Shown here: positions 19,283 through 28,920 of the stretch, one piece after another
How the letters are laid out: the number at the start of each line of letters is the position of its first letter
How positions within the stretch are numbered: the first letter of the stretch is position 1
Assembly: GCA_038245295.1 (NCBI GenBank)
Contig: JBBRSP010000008.1
Location: 160,001 to 224,000, forward strand
Direction of reading: 5' to 3'
Length of the DNA stretch: 64,000 bases
From: Candidatus Binatia bacterium
Lineage (GTDB): Bacteria > Desulfobacterota > Binatia > HRBIN30
Program-made: the position numbers and the translations under genes
Notes under the pieces: generated by a model
What the model saw: the letters and a program-made list of their open reading frames with translations, nothing else
Databases searched by the model: none
Told to the model about the DNA's origin: nothing

Positions 19283-20725
19283 ATGCGCGTGATCTTCGCC
19301 TCGTCGGAGGCGGTGCCGTTCGCTAAGACCGGCGGCCTTGGCGACGTTGTCGGCAGCTTGCCGCGCGCCCTGGCGCGCGACGGTGTCGACGTCAGTATCA
19401 TTCTCCCAGCCTACGGATTCATTGATCGCGGGCGCTACACTGTTGAAGCCACCGGTTGGCAGTTGTCGGTGCCCGTGTCGGACCGCTTGGTGTCATCAGG
19501 AGTCTTACGAGCCGACCTCGGTGACGGGGTGAACGCGTTTCTGATCGACGCGCCGCAGTACTTTGCGCGCCCGGGTCTCTATGGCGAAGGCGGTAGCGAC
19601 TATACCGATAATGCCGAGCGCTTCGCCTTCTTCAGTCGCGCCATTCTCGAGACCTTACGCTGCTTGCCCGCAATCGACGTGCTGCACTGTCACGATTGGC
19701 AAGCCGCGATGGCGATCGCGTTCTTACGTGCCGACGCCGCACGCTACTCCGACCTGCAACACACACGCGCGGTGCTGACGATCCACAACCTCGGATACCA
19801 GGGTGTGTTCTGGAAGAATGATTGGCATCTGCTCGGGCTGGACTGGAAGCTCTTCCACATGGAGGCGCTGGAGTTCTACGACCAGATCAATTTCCTCAAG
19901 GGCGGCATCGAGTTCGCCGACGCGCTCACCACCGTGAGCCCGACCTACGCGCGCGAGATCCAGAGCCCCGAATTCGGTTGGGGCCTCGATGGCGTCTTGC
20001 GGCGGCGTGCCGCCGTGCTGCGGGGAATCCTGAACGGTGTCGACTACGCGATCTGGTCGCCGGAACACGACGCAACTCTGCCGGCACGCTACTCGGCGGC
20101 CGACCGCGCCGGCAAGGCGATTTGCAAACGTCTCCTGCAGGAGCGCTCCAACCTGCCACAAGAGGGCGGCCTGCCGGTGGCGGGGGTCGTCTCACGCCTG
20201 GCTTTGCAGAAGGGCTTCGATCTCATTGGAGATCCCTTCGCGGCGCTGCCACATCTACCCTTCCAATTAATCGTCCTCGGCGCCGGTGACGCAAAGATCG
20301 AAGCGGCGCTCGGCCAACTCGTCGAGCGCTATCCCGAACGGATGGCTTTGCATCGTGGGTTCTCGGATGATCTGGCGCACCTGATTGAAGCGGGCAGTGA
20401 CATGTTCTTGATGCCGTCGCGCTACGAACCCTGCGGGCTCAATCAAATGTACAGCTTGCGCTACGGGACCATTCCCATCGTGCGCGCCACCGGCGGGCTG
20501 GCCGACAGCGTCATCGATGCCGATGAGCGGCCCGGCTTCGGCAACGGGTTCAAGTTCCACGCTTATACTCCCGAGGCGCTGTACTTCGCCCTGTCACGGG
20601 CGTTGTACGCCTATCGCGATCGACCAGCCTGGGAGAATCTGACCGGCAACGCGATGGCGGCCGACTTCTCGTGGGAACGCTCGGCGCGCGAATACCTGGC
20701 GCTGTACTCGTCGCTGTCCGGGTAG
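19283..20725 (+). CDS. glgA: Glycogen synthase
   Basis: KTGGLGDV, HCHDWQ, TIHNLGYQG, GILNGVDY and MPSRYEPCGLNQMYSLRYGT. Confidence 0.96.
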   Translation: MRVIFASSEAVPFAKTGGLGDVVGSLPRALARDGVDVSIILPAYGFIDRGRYTVEATGWQLSVPVSDRLVSSGVLRADLGDGVNAFLIDAPQYFARPGLYGEGGSDYTDNAERFAFFSRAILETLRCLPAIDVLHCHDWQAAMAIAFLRADAARYSDLQHTRAVLTIHNLGYQGVFWKNDWHLLGLDWKLFHMEALEFYDQINFLKGGIEFADALTTVSPTYAREIQSPEFGWGLDGVLRRRAAVLRGILNGVDYAIWSPEHDATLPARYSAADRAGKAICKRLLQERSNLPQEGGLPVAGVVSRLALQKGFDLIGDPFAALPHLPFQLIVLGAGDAKIEAALGQLVERYPERMALHRGFSDDLAHLIEAGSDMFLMPSRYEPCGLNQMYSLRYGTIPIVRATGGLADSVIDADERPGFGNGFKFHAYTPEALYFALSRALYAYRDRPAWENLTGNAMAADFSWERSAREYLALYSSLSG

Positions 20726-20748
20726 CCCCCGCCCCTGCGCGCTAGGGG

Positions 20749-22542
20749 CTACGCCGGCTGACGCCGCGGCGCCGGAGTCGGCGGTGCCGCACACGTCGGG
20801 TCCGCCTTGATCAAGTCAGCGATCGGCACATCCATGCTGCTGAACAGAACACCGCTGTCGGGTTTGCGGTACGTCATAATCTCGTGCCCGGGATAACAAC
20901 GCTTGAGCGCGTTAATGGCGGCGAATTGTTGGCCCATCAGGAGAAACGTGACGGCGCGACTGCGCTCGATGCCGCCCGGGATCACCGTGGTTTCGATGCT
21001 GTCATAGTCGGGACAGAAGAGCGGCACGGCGTCGCTGCGCAGCAACGGGTCGGCGCCGGGCAGAACATAGAAGTGGCGACCGTCACAGTGTTCGGCCAGG
21101 AAACGCATGGCGGCAGACCATGGCATATCCTTGCCGTCGCCGCGTGTGTAATCGGTGAACAGGAGACGATAGTTCTCGCCGCCGATCCACACGGCCAGGG
21201 CGAGAACGAGGAGCGGCCGGACCGTACGGCCGTAGCGGGTCGGTGGTGCGCTCATGCTGCGCAGAATGCTGTCGACGGCGAATCCGCCGAGCAGCACCAG
21301 AGCCGGCAACGCCGCGGCAAGCCGGTACGAGGCGCGCGGCGAGTCGGTGAGGGCGACGCCGGCGATGAAGGTAATGGCCGCCCACATCGCGACGAGTAGG
21401 GCCGGCGCCGACCCCTCGAGCAAGGCGAAACACAAACCGGCAATCACCAGGACCAGGGTTACGGGATCGAAGAGTCCCGCGGGCGATCGGTTCAGCACGG
21501 CGACATCGGCCCATTGCGTGAACATCCGCGAGGACTCGGTCACGTTCCGCCGCAGCAGGCTCGACCAGTCGTAGAGCCCATAGCGTCGTGTCATTTCGTC
21601 GAAGATGCCCGGTCGCGTGATGAGGATGTCCTGCGAGTGTCCGGCCAGTGCTTTGGCGCCGACGAACCAAACGATGGGAGCAAGTGCCAGCAGCATCGGC
21701 ACGGCGAAGATGCTGAGCGCGCGCAGCGCTTCATCCGCCGAGTAGCGGAGATGCCGCAGCATACCGACGAGAGCGAACGGCAGGATCGGCAGCAGGATGC
21801 GGACCGGAAAGTAGAACTCCAACGCGAGGGCGGTGACGACACCGGCGATGGCCAGACGGCGCTCGTTGCGATCCTGGAGCGCCGACACCAGAAAATAGAG
21901 TGCCAGCGGCGGCATGCTGGATGACTGGGGGAAGGGAAAACCGGTCCGACTGTTGTGCAGGTGCCAAAAGCCCACGGCCATCAGGAAAGCCGCCACCATG
22001 GCGGTGCGTGGGGAGAACAGCCGGCGCCCCAGCAGGAACGTGAACCAGATGCCGCACAAGCCGGTGAGGGCCGAGGCGATGCGCAACGCGTGGAATGGCT
22101 CGAAGAGGCCGGTGCGAATGATCAGGGCGGCCGGCGCGAAGGTCAGGTTCGGCAACGAGAACCAGCCGATGCTGGCAAAGGCGTTCGGCGCCTGACCCAT
22201 CGCCATGCGATACGAATCGAGCATCGGCAGCAGCTCGTCGACACTGATGTTGGCCGGAATGTCGTAGATGCGCGGCAGACGAAGAGCCGCCGCGCCAACC
22301 AGGATGATCGCCAGGGCCCACATCTCGCCGACACCGACTCGTTCCCAGCGTCGCATCGCGCCGGCGAAGCTGAGGGCGAAACCAAGCAAGCCCATCGCCC
22401 AGAGTGCGAAGCCGACGCCGTAATGATTACCGTTCGTGTGCCAGGTGACGATGCCGATCACGGTGAGGGCCAGACCGACGAGGCGAGCTGGCCAGCCCTC
22501 AAGGCGGGAGGGCGTGGTGTCGGCGGACTGATCGATGTTCAT
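20749..22542 (-). CDS. Glycosyltransferase family 39 (ArnT/PMT-like) membrane protein
   Basis: Polytopic membrane protein with LRL..I...P.NISVDE and R.ASAL.G......TFLLGRRLF; periplasmic C-terminal domain. Confidence 0.78.
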   Translation of the reverse strand: MNIDQSADTTPSRLEGWPARLVGLALTVIGIVTWHTNGNHYGVGFALWAMGLLGFALSFAGAMRRWERVGVGEMWALAIILVGAAALRLPRIYDIPANISVDELLPMLDSYRMAMGQAPNAFASIGWFSLPNLTFAPAALIIRTGLFEPFHALRIASALTGLCGIWFTFLLGRRLFSPRTAMVAAFLMAVGFWHLHNSRTGFPFPQSSSMPPLALYFLVSALQDRNERRLAIAGVVTALALEFYFPVRILLPILPFALVGMLRHLRYSADEALRALSIFAVPMLLALAPIVWFVGAKALAGHSQDILITRPGIFDEMTRRYGLYDWSSLLRRNVTESSRMFTQWADVAVLNRSPAGLFDPVTLVLVIAGLCFALLEGSAPALLVAMWAAITFIAGVALTDSPRASYRLAAALPALVLLGGFAVDSILRSMSAPPTRYGRTVRPLLVLALAVWIGGENYRLLFTDYTRGDGKDMPWSAAMRFLAEHCDGRHFYVLPGADPLLRSDAVPLFCPDYDSIETTVIPGGIERSRAVTFLLMGQQFAAINALKRCYPGHEIMTYRKPDSGVLFSSMDVPIADLIKADPTCAAPPTPAPRRQPA

Positions 22543-22567
22543 AGGAATACAAACGAGTGAGATCTGC

Positions 22568-23341
22568 CTATGAGTGCCATGCCTGCACGGCCCAAGGCAG
22601 GACTACGAGGAGTTGAATCGCATCGAACACGCCGTGTGCCACGATACACGGCAGTAGCTGACCGGTGCGTTGAAACAAACGACCGATAACCAGGGAGATC
22701 ACTAGAACTCCGACAACCAGGAATGGCAATCCGTAACTGAAGTGACCACACGCGAACAGCAGACTCGACGGGATCAACCCATAACGCGTCTGCAAGAAGC
22801 CACGGAAGAACGCCTCCTCGATGGTCATTGCCGCAGTGATGATGAGGAGCTTGTGGCCAATCGGTAACGTTGCCATCCACGAGACAACGGGTGGGATCTT
22901 GTCGGGCTCTGCCGCGACTCCGGCGCCCGCAACCGCCGTGGCAATCACCATGGTGACGGCCAACGTCAACGCCCAACCGGTCAACCCGGCCTGGAGACCG
23001 CTCCAGATCTGTCCCGGCACGTCGTTGAACGACAGGTGCAAAAAGCCGGCCGGTGTCTCGCTGCGGCCAATCCCCCACCACAACACCAGAAAGGCGGTGA
23101 GCGCGAAATGACCAACAAACAGGGTAGGGAACCAGATCTCTTCCGGCTTGATCTCGTCGCCGGCGCCGAATTCGCTGATCGGTAGGAACACCACGAGACC
23201 GAGGATGGCCGCAAGAAGGAGCAGACCCGCGGCTTGCGCGATTGGATTGTGAAACTCGCGGCGATGTGGCGCCAGACCGACGACAGCGAACGCGCTCACC
23301 GCGAGCAGCCCGAGCAGCAGGGCGAGATGGAGTTGATTCAC
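22568..23341 (-). CDS. CPBP (Abi/CAAX) family intramembrane glutamic endopeptidase
   Basis: EEAFFRG, FACGH and AHGVFD motifs; multiple TM helices. GTG start chosen. Confidence 0.88.
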   Translation of the reverse strand: MNQLHLALLLGLLAVSAFAVVGLAPHRREFHNPIAQAAGLLLLAAILGLVVFLPISEFGAGDEIKPEEIWFPTLFVGHFALTAFLVLWWGIGRSETPAGFLHLSFNDVPGQIWSGLQAGLTGWALTLAVTMVIATAVAGAGVAAEPDKIPPVVSWMATLPIGHKLLIITAAMTIEEAFFRGFLQTRYGLIPSSLLFACGHFSYGLPFLVVGVLVISLVIGRLFQRTGQLLPCIVAHGVFDAIQLLVVLPWAVQAWHS

Positions 23342-23414
23342 CGCCCTAGGAAACCGAGAACGCGGCGGCAGGTCAAGGTTGCACCCGGGTAACGACACGC
23401 AAGGCCAAACCTAC

Positions 23415-24356
23415 TCATCCAGCCAGGGCCAATCCGTCGGCGATGCGCTCATCGACATTGCCTTGGCGATCGCCAAGGCGGTCGGCGCCTTCGAGCAGCG
23501 GTCGTAAGCCGCGATGGTTGGCGAGTTGAATGCCGAGTCCGGGGCGGGCGTTGAGCTCGAGGATCACGGGGCCGCGTTGGGCATCGACCACTACGTCGAT
23601 CCCGAAGTAACCGAGGCGAATGGCGTCGTAGCTGGCGGCCGATATCTCCAGGATGCGGTTCCAACCGCTGAGCTCGATGGTGCGTAGCGGTGCTGCCGTG
23701 TCGGGATGGCGCTCGATCGCGGTGTGATTCCAGATCGCATGCGTCGGTTTGCCGGTTGCCAGGGAAAGCCCAACACCGATGCCGCCAACGTGCAGGTTGG
23801 CGCGCCCATCGGAGGCACGGGTCGGTAGCCGCAGCATTGCCATCAGCGGAATGCCGTGCACGACGATGACACGAATGTCGGGGACGCCGCCGGGGCTGAA
23901 CGCGGCGAGGGAGGCGTCACAGTCGAGCCGTTCTTCGACGAGGACTTCATCGCGGTGCCGCGCCAGGGCGAAGGCGCCGGCCAGGATATCGGCGGCATGG
24001 ATCGCGATATCGCGATCGCGGACCACGATGCCGCTGGGACGCTGCCAAACGCCCGCTGCGCGACCAAGCACCAGGACACCCTCGCCGCCGGCCCCGTGCG
24101 ACGGCTTGATCACACAGGAAGTATACGCGGCGAGATCTGTCGCCAGGGAGCTCAGGCTGCCATTCGTGGCGTAGCGCGCATAGGTCGCCGGCACCGGCAA
24201 GCCGTGGCGCTCGAGCAGTTCCTTGGTTCGCACCTTGTTGTCGACCAGGGCCACCAATGGCGCTGCATTCAACCGGATCATGTATTCCTGATTGCGGCGG
24301 TTGAGTCCTAGAACTTCGCGACGCAGTAGGCGCAATCTTTGGATCAGCTGTTCCAC
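23415..24356 (-). CDS. RimK-related ATP-grasp alpha-L-glutamate ligase-like protein
   Basis: VLGLNRRN..Y, VDNKV.TK, VIKP..G.GGEGVLV, GVPDIRVIV, AMLRLPT..SDGRANLH.GG.GVG and LELNARPGLGIQLAN. True start is the GTG at 24356. Confidence 0.9.
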   Translation of the reverse strand: MEQLIQRLRLLRREVLGLNRRNQEYMIRLNAAPLVALVDNKVRTKELLERHGLPVPATYARYATNGSLSSLATDLAAYTSCVIKPSHGAGGEGVLVLGRAAGVWQRPSGIVVRDRDIAIHAADILAGAFALARHRDEVLVEERLDCDASLAAFSPGGVPDIRVIVVHGIPLMAMLRLPTRASDGRANLHVGGIGVGLSLATGKPTHAIWNHTAIERHPDTAAPLRTIELSGWNRILEISAASYDAIRLGYFGIDVVVDAQRGPVILELNARPGLGIQLANHRGLRPLLEGADRLGDRQGNVDERIADGLALAG

Positions 24357-26548
24357 GGAGCCCGCTTTCCGCTCAGCGACCAGAACCGCTTGTATTCGAG
24401 CAGGCGCAGGCCGCGTACCTTGCCAAGCACGACGTCGACGACGATGGCCGCAACCAACAGCTCGGGGAAGGTCAGCAGCACCGACTGTAAGTCGCCCGCT
24501 TCCACGACGAGGTTGCAGAGTGCCGCGAGCATCAGGGTGTTGAGGGTGAGGCGCACAGCTTCGCGCGTGCCGAACTCGGCGCGCGACGAGGTGAAGTTCT
24601 CGATCATGTTCGACATGATCACCATGGGGAAAATGCTGACGTTCATCAGCGGGCCAATGCCGAAATAGGCGCCGAGCACGGTGAGGCCGGCCATGATTCC
24701 GGCGACCACGGCGATCAGAATGGCGAGGCGCGCGACGAGTTGCAGGCGCACATGTTGCAAGAGCGTGCGCACCGTCGCGCCGACGCCGACAATCACGGCA
24801 AAGATAGCGACGCCCCAACGCAGACCGGTCGTCAAGAAGGCCAGCGAGACAATGACGGGTGAGAAGACGCCGAAGGTTTCGATGCCGACCACGGTGCGCA
24901 GCACGACGACCATGGCGGCGATCACCGGCAAGACGAGAATCAGTGTCAGGGCCTGCAAGGGCACTTGCGCGCGAACGGCGCGTGCCCAGGCGCCGAGCAC
25001 ATGGCGGCGCCACGGGCTGAAGTCGGCGACGACGCGCGCATCGACGATCTCCGGCTGCAGGTCCCACTTGGCGCCTTCTTCTTCCATCGGAACCCCGTCG
25101 AGCACGTTGGCGCGCACCATCTCCCAGAGGCCGAGCATTCCGGCGGGGCGGTTGATCAGCACGACCTGACCGGCATCGATCAGGTGTTGCAAGACGCCGC
25201 CGAGCATCTGCCCGGCCGACCGTCGAAAGCGGCCGGCGACGACGATGCGCACGTCGCCGAGCTGCAGGTCCTGTTCGCCCAGAGCCAGCAGCCCATAGAG
25301 CCCGGCGTCGTCGTGTGTCGCCACGAGCAGCACATGGGCGTTGCGAATGAGCGTTAGGTTGTTGCTGATGAGACGCTGCAGATACTGCTCGCGAAAATAG
25401 CGGGATTCAAAAGGAGCATGCAGAATCACCAGGTCGATCTCCGCTTCGTGGGCTTCGCGTAGCATCCGTTCGGTTACGTCGTCGGCAATCGTCGAGTCGG
25501 CGATGACGACGACCGAAGCCACCGGCCGCTCGACGTATTCAGACAGGGTGCGTAACGTCTCGGTCCCGAGCACGGCAGGCGGACGCGCGGTGTGCGCCGC
25601 TGATGGGCGCGCGGCGGCAGGATCCTTGCGCACGCGATGCATGAGGAAGTCGTAGTCCACGCCGACGCTGCCGGAGTGGACGATCAGCGGCAGATCGTCG
25701 TGGTACAAGGCCAGATACTGATTCGGAATCCAGCCGAAGTAACCGCCACCGGGATCAATCGGGATCCAGCGGCCGCCGGCGTAGATCTCAACCCAGGCCG
25801 TCGTGGCGCGCTTCTTCTTCGCGTCTTCGAGCTTCAGGCCGCCGACCAGCCGGGCTGGGATATGGCTGGCACGCAGTAGGGCCACGAGCAGACGCGCCTT
25901 GCCTGTCGAGTTGCCACTGCCGTTGTGCAGGACGGTAAGAGCATCCTGGCGTGCTTCACCCGGGCCGGTGCGCACGAAGGCGGCGACGTGTTGGAAGAGC
26001 GCCCAGGCGACGGCGTCGAGGGTCTGCGCATCGCCGATCAGACTCTCCGCAACGGCGCGCAGCTTAGGATCGTTGCTCTGCATCAGCGGCGACGGTTGAA
26101 GCGAGGTGGGATCCGTCTCCGGAGCAACAATCTCATTCAGAGGTAACGCGGGCACCGTGTCGGTCGAATCGGCGACCGCCGCGGTGAAGTCGACGCGCAG
26201 GTCGGCGGCTTCCGCACCGCGCTGTCGGAAGACACCCCACAAATTGGCATTCGACGTTTCCTCGCGGAACTCGAACGTCGGTGCGTCGACGTGACGCTCG
26301 AGCATCATCTGTCGGGAGTCGGAGAGCGGCAGGAGCACCTGAACACGGCTGCCAGGCGAGTCCCCCTTCAGCTTGAGGAGCAACTGAACGCGCCAGTACG
26401 TGGTTTGTGGTGAGGTGGGTCGTTCGCGCGGCGCGGCAACGTCACCGCCGCCGGTGAACACTTCCGTGCGCGGCGTCGCGGTCGGGTGAACTTGCGGCGT
26501 GGCAGTCGCGGCCAACAGCCACACCGTGAGACCGGTGAGCCAACGCAT
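24344..26548 (-). CDS. Inactive transglutaminase-like domain fused to a 7TM domain
   Basis: Signal peptide. Transglutaminase-like core GNSTGKARLLVALLRA..IPARLVGG...TAWVE, with catalytic Cys and His replaced. C-terminal LPV......R.VVG.ETFGVFSPV and FPMVI....IE.F. The ORF-track extension to 27571 is a shadow. Confidence 0.88.
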   Translation of the reverse strand: MRWLTGLTVWLLAATATPQVHPTATPRTEVFTGGGDVAAPRERPTSPQTTYWRVQLLLKLKGDSPGSRVQVLLPLSDSRQMMLERHVDAPTFEFREETSNANLWGVFRQRGAEAADLRVDFTAAVADSTDTVPALPLNEIVAPETDPTSLQPSPLMQSNDPKLRAVAESLIGDAQTLDAVAWALFQHVAAFVRTGPGEARQDALTVLHNGSGNSTGKARLLVALLRASHIPARLVGGLKLEDAKKKRATTAWVEIYAGGRWIPIDPGGGYFGWIPNQYLALYHDDLPLIVHSGSVGVDYDFLMHRVRKDPAAARPSAAHTARPPAVLGTETLRTLSEYVERPVASVVVIADSTIADDVTERMLREAHEAEIDLVILHAPFESRYFREQYLQRLISNNLTLIRNAHVLLVATHDDAGLYGLLALGEQDLQLGDVRIVVAGRFRRSAGQMLGGVLQHLIDAGQVVLINRPAGMLGLWEMVRANVLDGVPMEEEGAKWDLQPEIVDARVVADFSPWRRHVLGAWARAVRAQVPLQALTLILVLPVIAAMVVVLRTVVGIETFGVFSPVIVSLAFLTTGLRWGVAIFAVIVGVGATVRTLLQHVRLQLVARLAILIAVVAGIMAGLTVLGAYFGIGPLMNVSIFPMVIMSNMIENFTSSRAEFGTREAVRLTLNTLMLAALCNLVVEAGDLQSVLLTFPELLVAAIVVDVVLGKVRGLRLLEYKRFWSLSGKRAPWNS

Positions 26549-26610
26549 GTGACGATGGCTGTACCAGCGGCGACAGGGGCCTTCAAGCAAGCAGTCGGCG
26601 GAAGGGTTGC

Positions 26611-26657
26611 GGGTAGGGGTTTGCACCGGCTCCGCAGGCTGAAGCCTGCGCCTACCC
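26611..26657. repeat. GTAG-type REP palindrome
   Basis: Minus strand GTAGGC-GCAGGCT-TC-AGCCTGC hairpin, bracketed by GGGTAGG...CCTACCC. Confidence 0.7.
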
Positions 26658-26740
26658 GTCGGTGCAATTGCTCCGACGCGACGAACAGGATAACCACGGC
26701 GGTCGCGAGCACTTCCGAGTCGTTCACAGAGGAGCAGTAG

Positions 26741-27889
26741 ATGACGCCAGCTGATGTCCGTGAAGAAGTTCTTTCCACCGTGCGCCGTTTTGTCGACCGC
26801 GAGGTGATGCCGGTCGCCAGCGGGCTCGAGCACCGCAACGAGTATCCCACCGCGCTGGTCAAACGCATGAAGGAGCTCGGTCTGTTCGGTGCGACGATTC
26901 CGCAGGAGTACGGCGGACTCGAGCTCGACGTGACAACCTACGCGATGGTGGTCGAAGAGCTCTGCAAGGGCTGGATGAGTTTGAGCGGCGTGCTCAATAC
27001 GCATCTGATGCTGGCCTTCATGCTGCGCATGCACGGCAGCGAGGAGCAGAAGCAGTGCTACCTGCCGGGAATGGCGCGTGGTGATCACCACGGTGCACTG
27101 TGTCTCACTGAGCCACATGCCGGCAGCGACGTGCAGCGTATCCGCACGACGGCGGTGCGACGCGGCGACGACTACGTGTTGAACGGCAGCAAGATGTTCA
27201 TCACCAACGCGCGCAGCGCCACGCTGTATGCGATTGCCGCCAAGACCGATCCGAAGATCGATCCGCCGTACAAGGGCATGACCATGTTCGTCGGCGAGAA
27301 GGGACCGGGGCTGACGGTCAGCCGCGACATCGACAAGCTCGGTTACAAAGGCATTGAGACCTGCGAAGTGAATTTCGAGGACTACCATGTTCCGGCGGCC
27401 AACTTGATCGGCGGCAAAGAGGGGCAGGGCTTCTTTCAGGTGATGAGTGGACTTGAGGTAGGGCGGATCAATATCGCCGCGCGCGCCGTTGGTGTGGCCA
27501 CGGCGGCGTTCGAGTGTGCCATCAAATATGCGCAGCAGCGCGAGACCTTCGGCAAGCCGATCGCCGAGCACCAGGCGATTCAGCTGAAGCTTGCGGACAT
27601 GGCGACCAAGGTCGAGGCGGCTCGCCTACTCACCTACACCGCGGCCGCCAAGAAGGATCGTGGCGAGCGCTGCGACCTCGAAGCCGGCATGGCCAAGCTG
27701 TTCGCGTCGGAGACCTGCCTCGAAGTGGCGACCGAAGCGATGCGTATTCTTGGTGGTTACGGCTACACCGCCGAGTTCCCCGTCGAGCGTTACTTCCGCG
27801 ATGCGCCGCTAATGATCATCGGCGAAGGCACCAACGAGATCCAGCGACTGGTCATCGCCAAGAACCTGCTGCAGAAGTACAAAATCTGA
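26741..27889 (+). CDS. Acyl-CoA dehydrogenase
   Basis: LTEPHAGSD, NGSKMFITN, GRINIAA, RETFGKPI and ERYFRDA....IGEGTNEIQR. Confidence 0.95.
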   Translation: MTPADVREEVLSTVRRFVDREVMPVASGLEHRNEYPTALVKRMKELGLFGATIPQEYGGLELDVTTYAMVVEELCKGWMSLSGVLNTHLMLAFMLRMHGSEEQKQCYLPGMARGDHHGALCLTEPHAGSDVQRIRTTAVRRGDDYVLNGSKMFITNARSATLYAIAAKTDPKIDPPYKGMTMFVGEKGPGLTVSRDIDKLGYKGIETCEVNFEDYHVPAANLIGGKEGQGFFQVMSGLEVGRINIAARAVGVATAAFECAIKYAQQRETFGKPIAEHQAIQLKLADMATKVEAARLLTYTAAAKKDRGERCDLEAGMAKLFASETCLEVATEAMRILGGYGYTAEFPVERYFRDAPLMIIGEGTNEIQRLVIAKNLLQKYKI

Positions 27890-27903
27890 ACTTTCTGCTG
27901 TCT

Positions 27904-28003
27904 TTGCCCGGAGCGCGGCACTCCGTGCCGCCCCTGGGGTGCACGCCGTCTTGCTTGCATCGTTTCCGGAGTAGGGCGCCGCGGAGCGGCGCGCTCCGGG
28001 CAA
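27904..28003. repeat. REP-like inverted pair between convergent genes
   Basis: Perfect 14-bp IR TTGCCCGGAGCGCG/CGCGCTCCGGGCAA, extending imperfectly to about 31 bp. The right arm starts with GTAG. Confidence 0.78.
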
Positions 28004-28019
28004 CCTCGACCCAGCACCT

Positions 28020-28835
28020 TCAGTGCAGCGGCGTTGCGAGATTCTCGCGTAGTAGGACGTAGAAGCGTGGCGAGAACAGCATCATGTTGTGACCAATGCC
28101 GCTGACCTGGATGTTGAACGCCTCGGGGTAGCGGGCATTGGTCCACGGCAAGATCATCGCGTCGAATGTCGAGTACAGGGCAATCACGTCGTATTGGAAC
28201 GGCACGCGATCGAGCGCGTTGAGCTGATTGATCAGCGCTGAGCCGGGCGCCAGGCGTTTCTGCCACGGGCTGCGCGGTGCGGCCAGCAAGGTGCCGTAGT
28301 GTGGTGTCCCGAGGGTGACCAAACGTCGCACCGACGGGATGCGATGGCGGCGCGCCAAGTAGCGAATTACCAGACCGCCGAGGCTGTGACCGATCAGTGT
28401 CAGCGGTGCGGCTTGCGGTCCAAGTCCATCGAGGAAGGCCTTTAGCTGCTCAGCGGCCGTCTCGACGTCAGCGCTCAGCGACGGATATTCGAACGCATAA
28501 ATCGGCCCGAAGCCGTCGCGCGCCAGCCGGCGTCGCATCCACCACCAGCACCCGCGATTGAGGCTCCAACCGTGAACGAGGACCAAAGGGCCTCTGGGGC
28601 GTGTCTGCATATCGCGGGGCGATAGGAACCAGCCGGCCGGGACGAGCGCCACGACCGCGATGGCGGCGAACACCTCAGCCACAAACGCGGCACCGGCAGC
28701 GAACAAGCCCAAGGGCGGCTCCTCGTCGCAGGCGGCGAGCTGGCGCCATGTCCAGGCGCGCGCCACGTAAGTCGCGATCGTGAAGAGGGTTACGATCACG
28801 GCGACGAGGATGAGTGCGTTGACAACGAGGTGCAT
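28020..28835 (-). CDS. Alpha/beta hydrolase (esterase/lipase family) with N-terminal TM helices
   Basis: LVHG, GHSLGG nucleophile elbow, LGTPHYGT and GH. Confidence 0.9.
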   Translation of the reverse strand: MHLVVNALILVAVIVTLFTIATYVARAWTWRQLAACDEEPPLGLFAAGAAFVAEVFAAIAVVALVPAGWFLSPRDMQTRPRGPLVLVHGWSLNRGCWWWMRRRLARDGFGPIYAFEYPSLSADVETAAEQLKAFLDGLGPQAAPLTLIGHSLGGLVIRYLARRHRIPSVRRLVTLGTPHYGTLLAAPRSPWQKRLAPGSALINQLNALDRVPFQYDVIALYSTFDAMILPWTNARYPEAFNIQVSGIGHNMMLFSPRFYVLLRENLATPLH

Positions 28836-28920
28836 GGTTCGACGAGTAGCGCAGGTGATGTTCGGCAGACAACCGCCCGCCCGTGTCGCCCCATCGCCGA
28901 GCGCCTGCTATGTTTTACGG

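Noticed and set aside
20722..20752. GTAGCCCC...GGGGCTAC hairpin spanning two convergent stop codons
   Set aside because: The stem is only 8 bp with a long loop and no U-tract, too weak to call as a terminator or REP.
24357..25067. Upstream extension of the 550-aa ligase ORF
   Set aside because: It is Arg-rich off-frame sequence inside the 7TM gene. Ligase motifs begin after the GTG at 24356.
26549..27571. N-terminal extension of the 1075-aa minus-strand ORF
   Set aside because: It is antisense to the acyl-CoA dehydrogenase. The real protein starts with a signal peptide at 26548.
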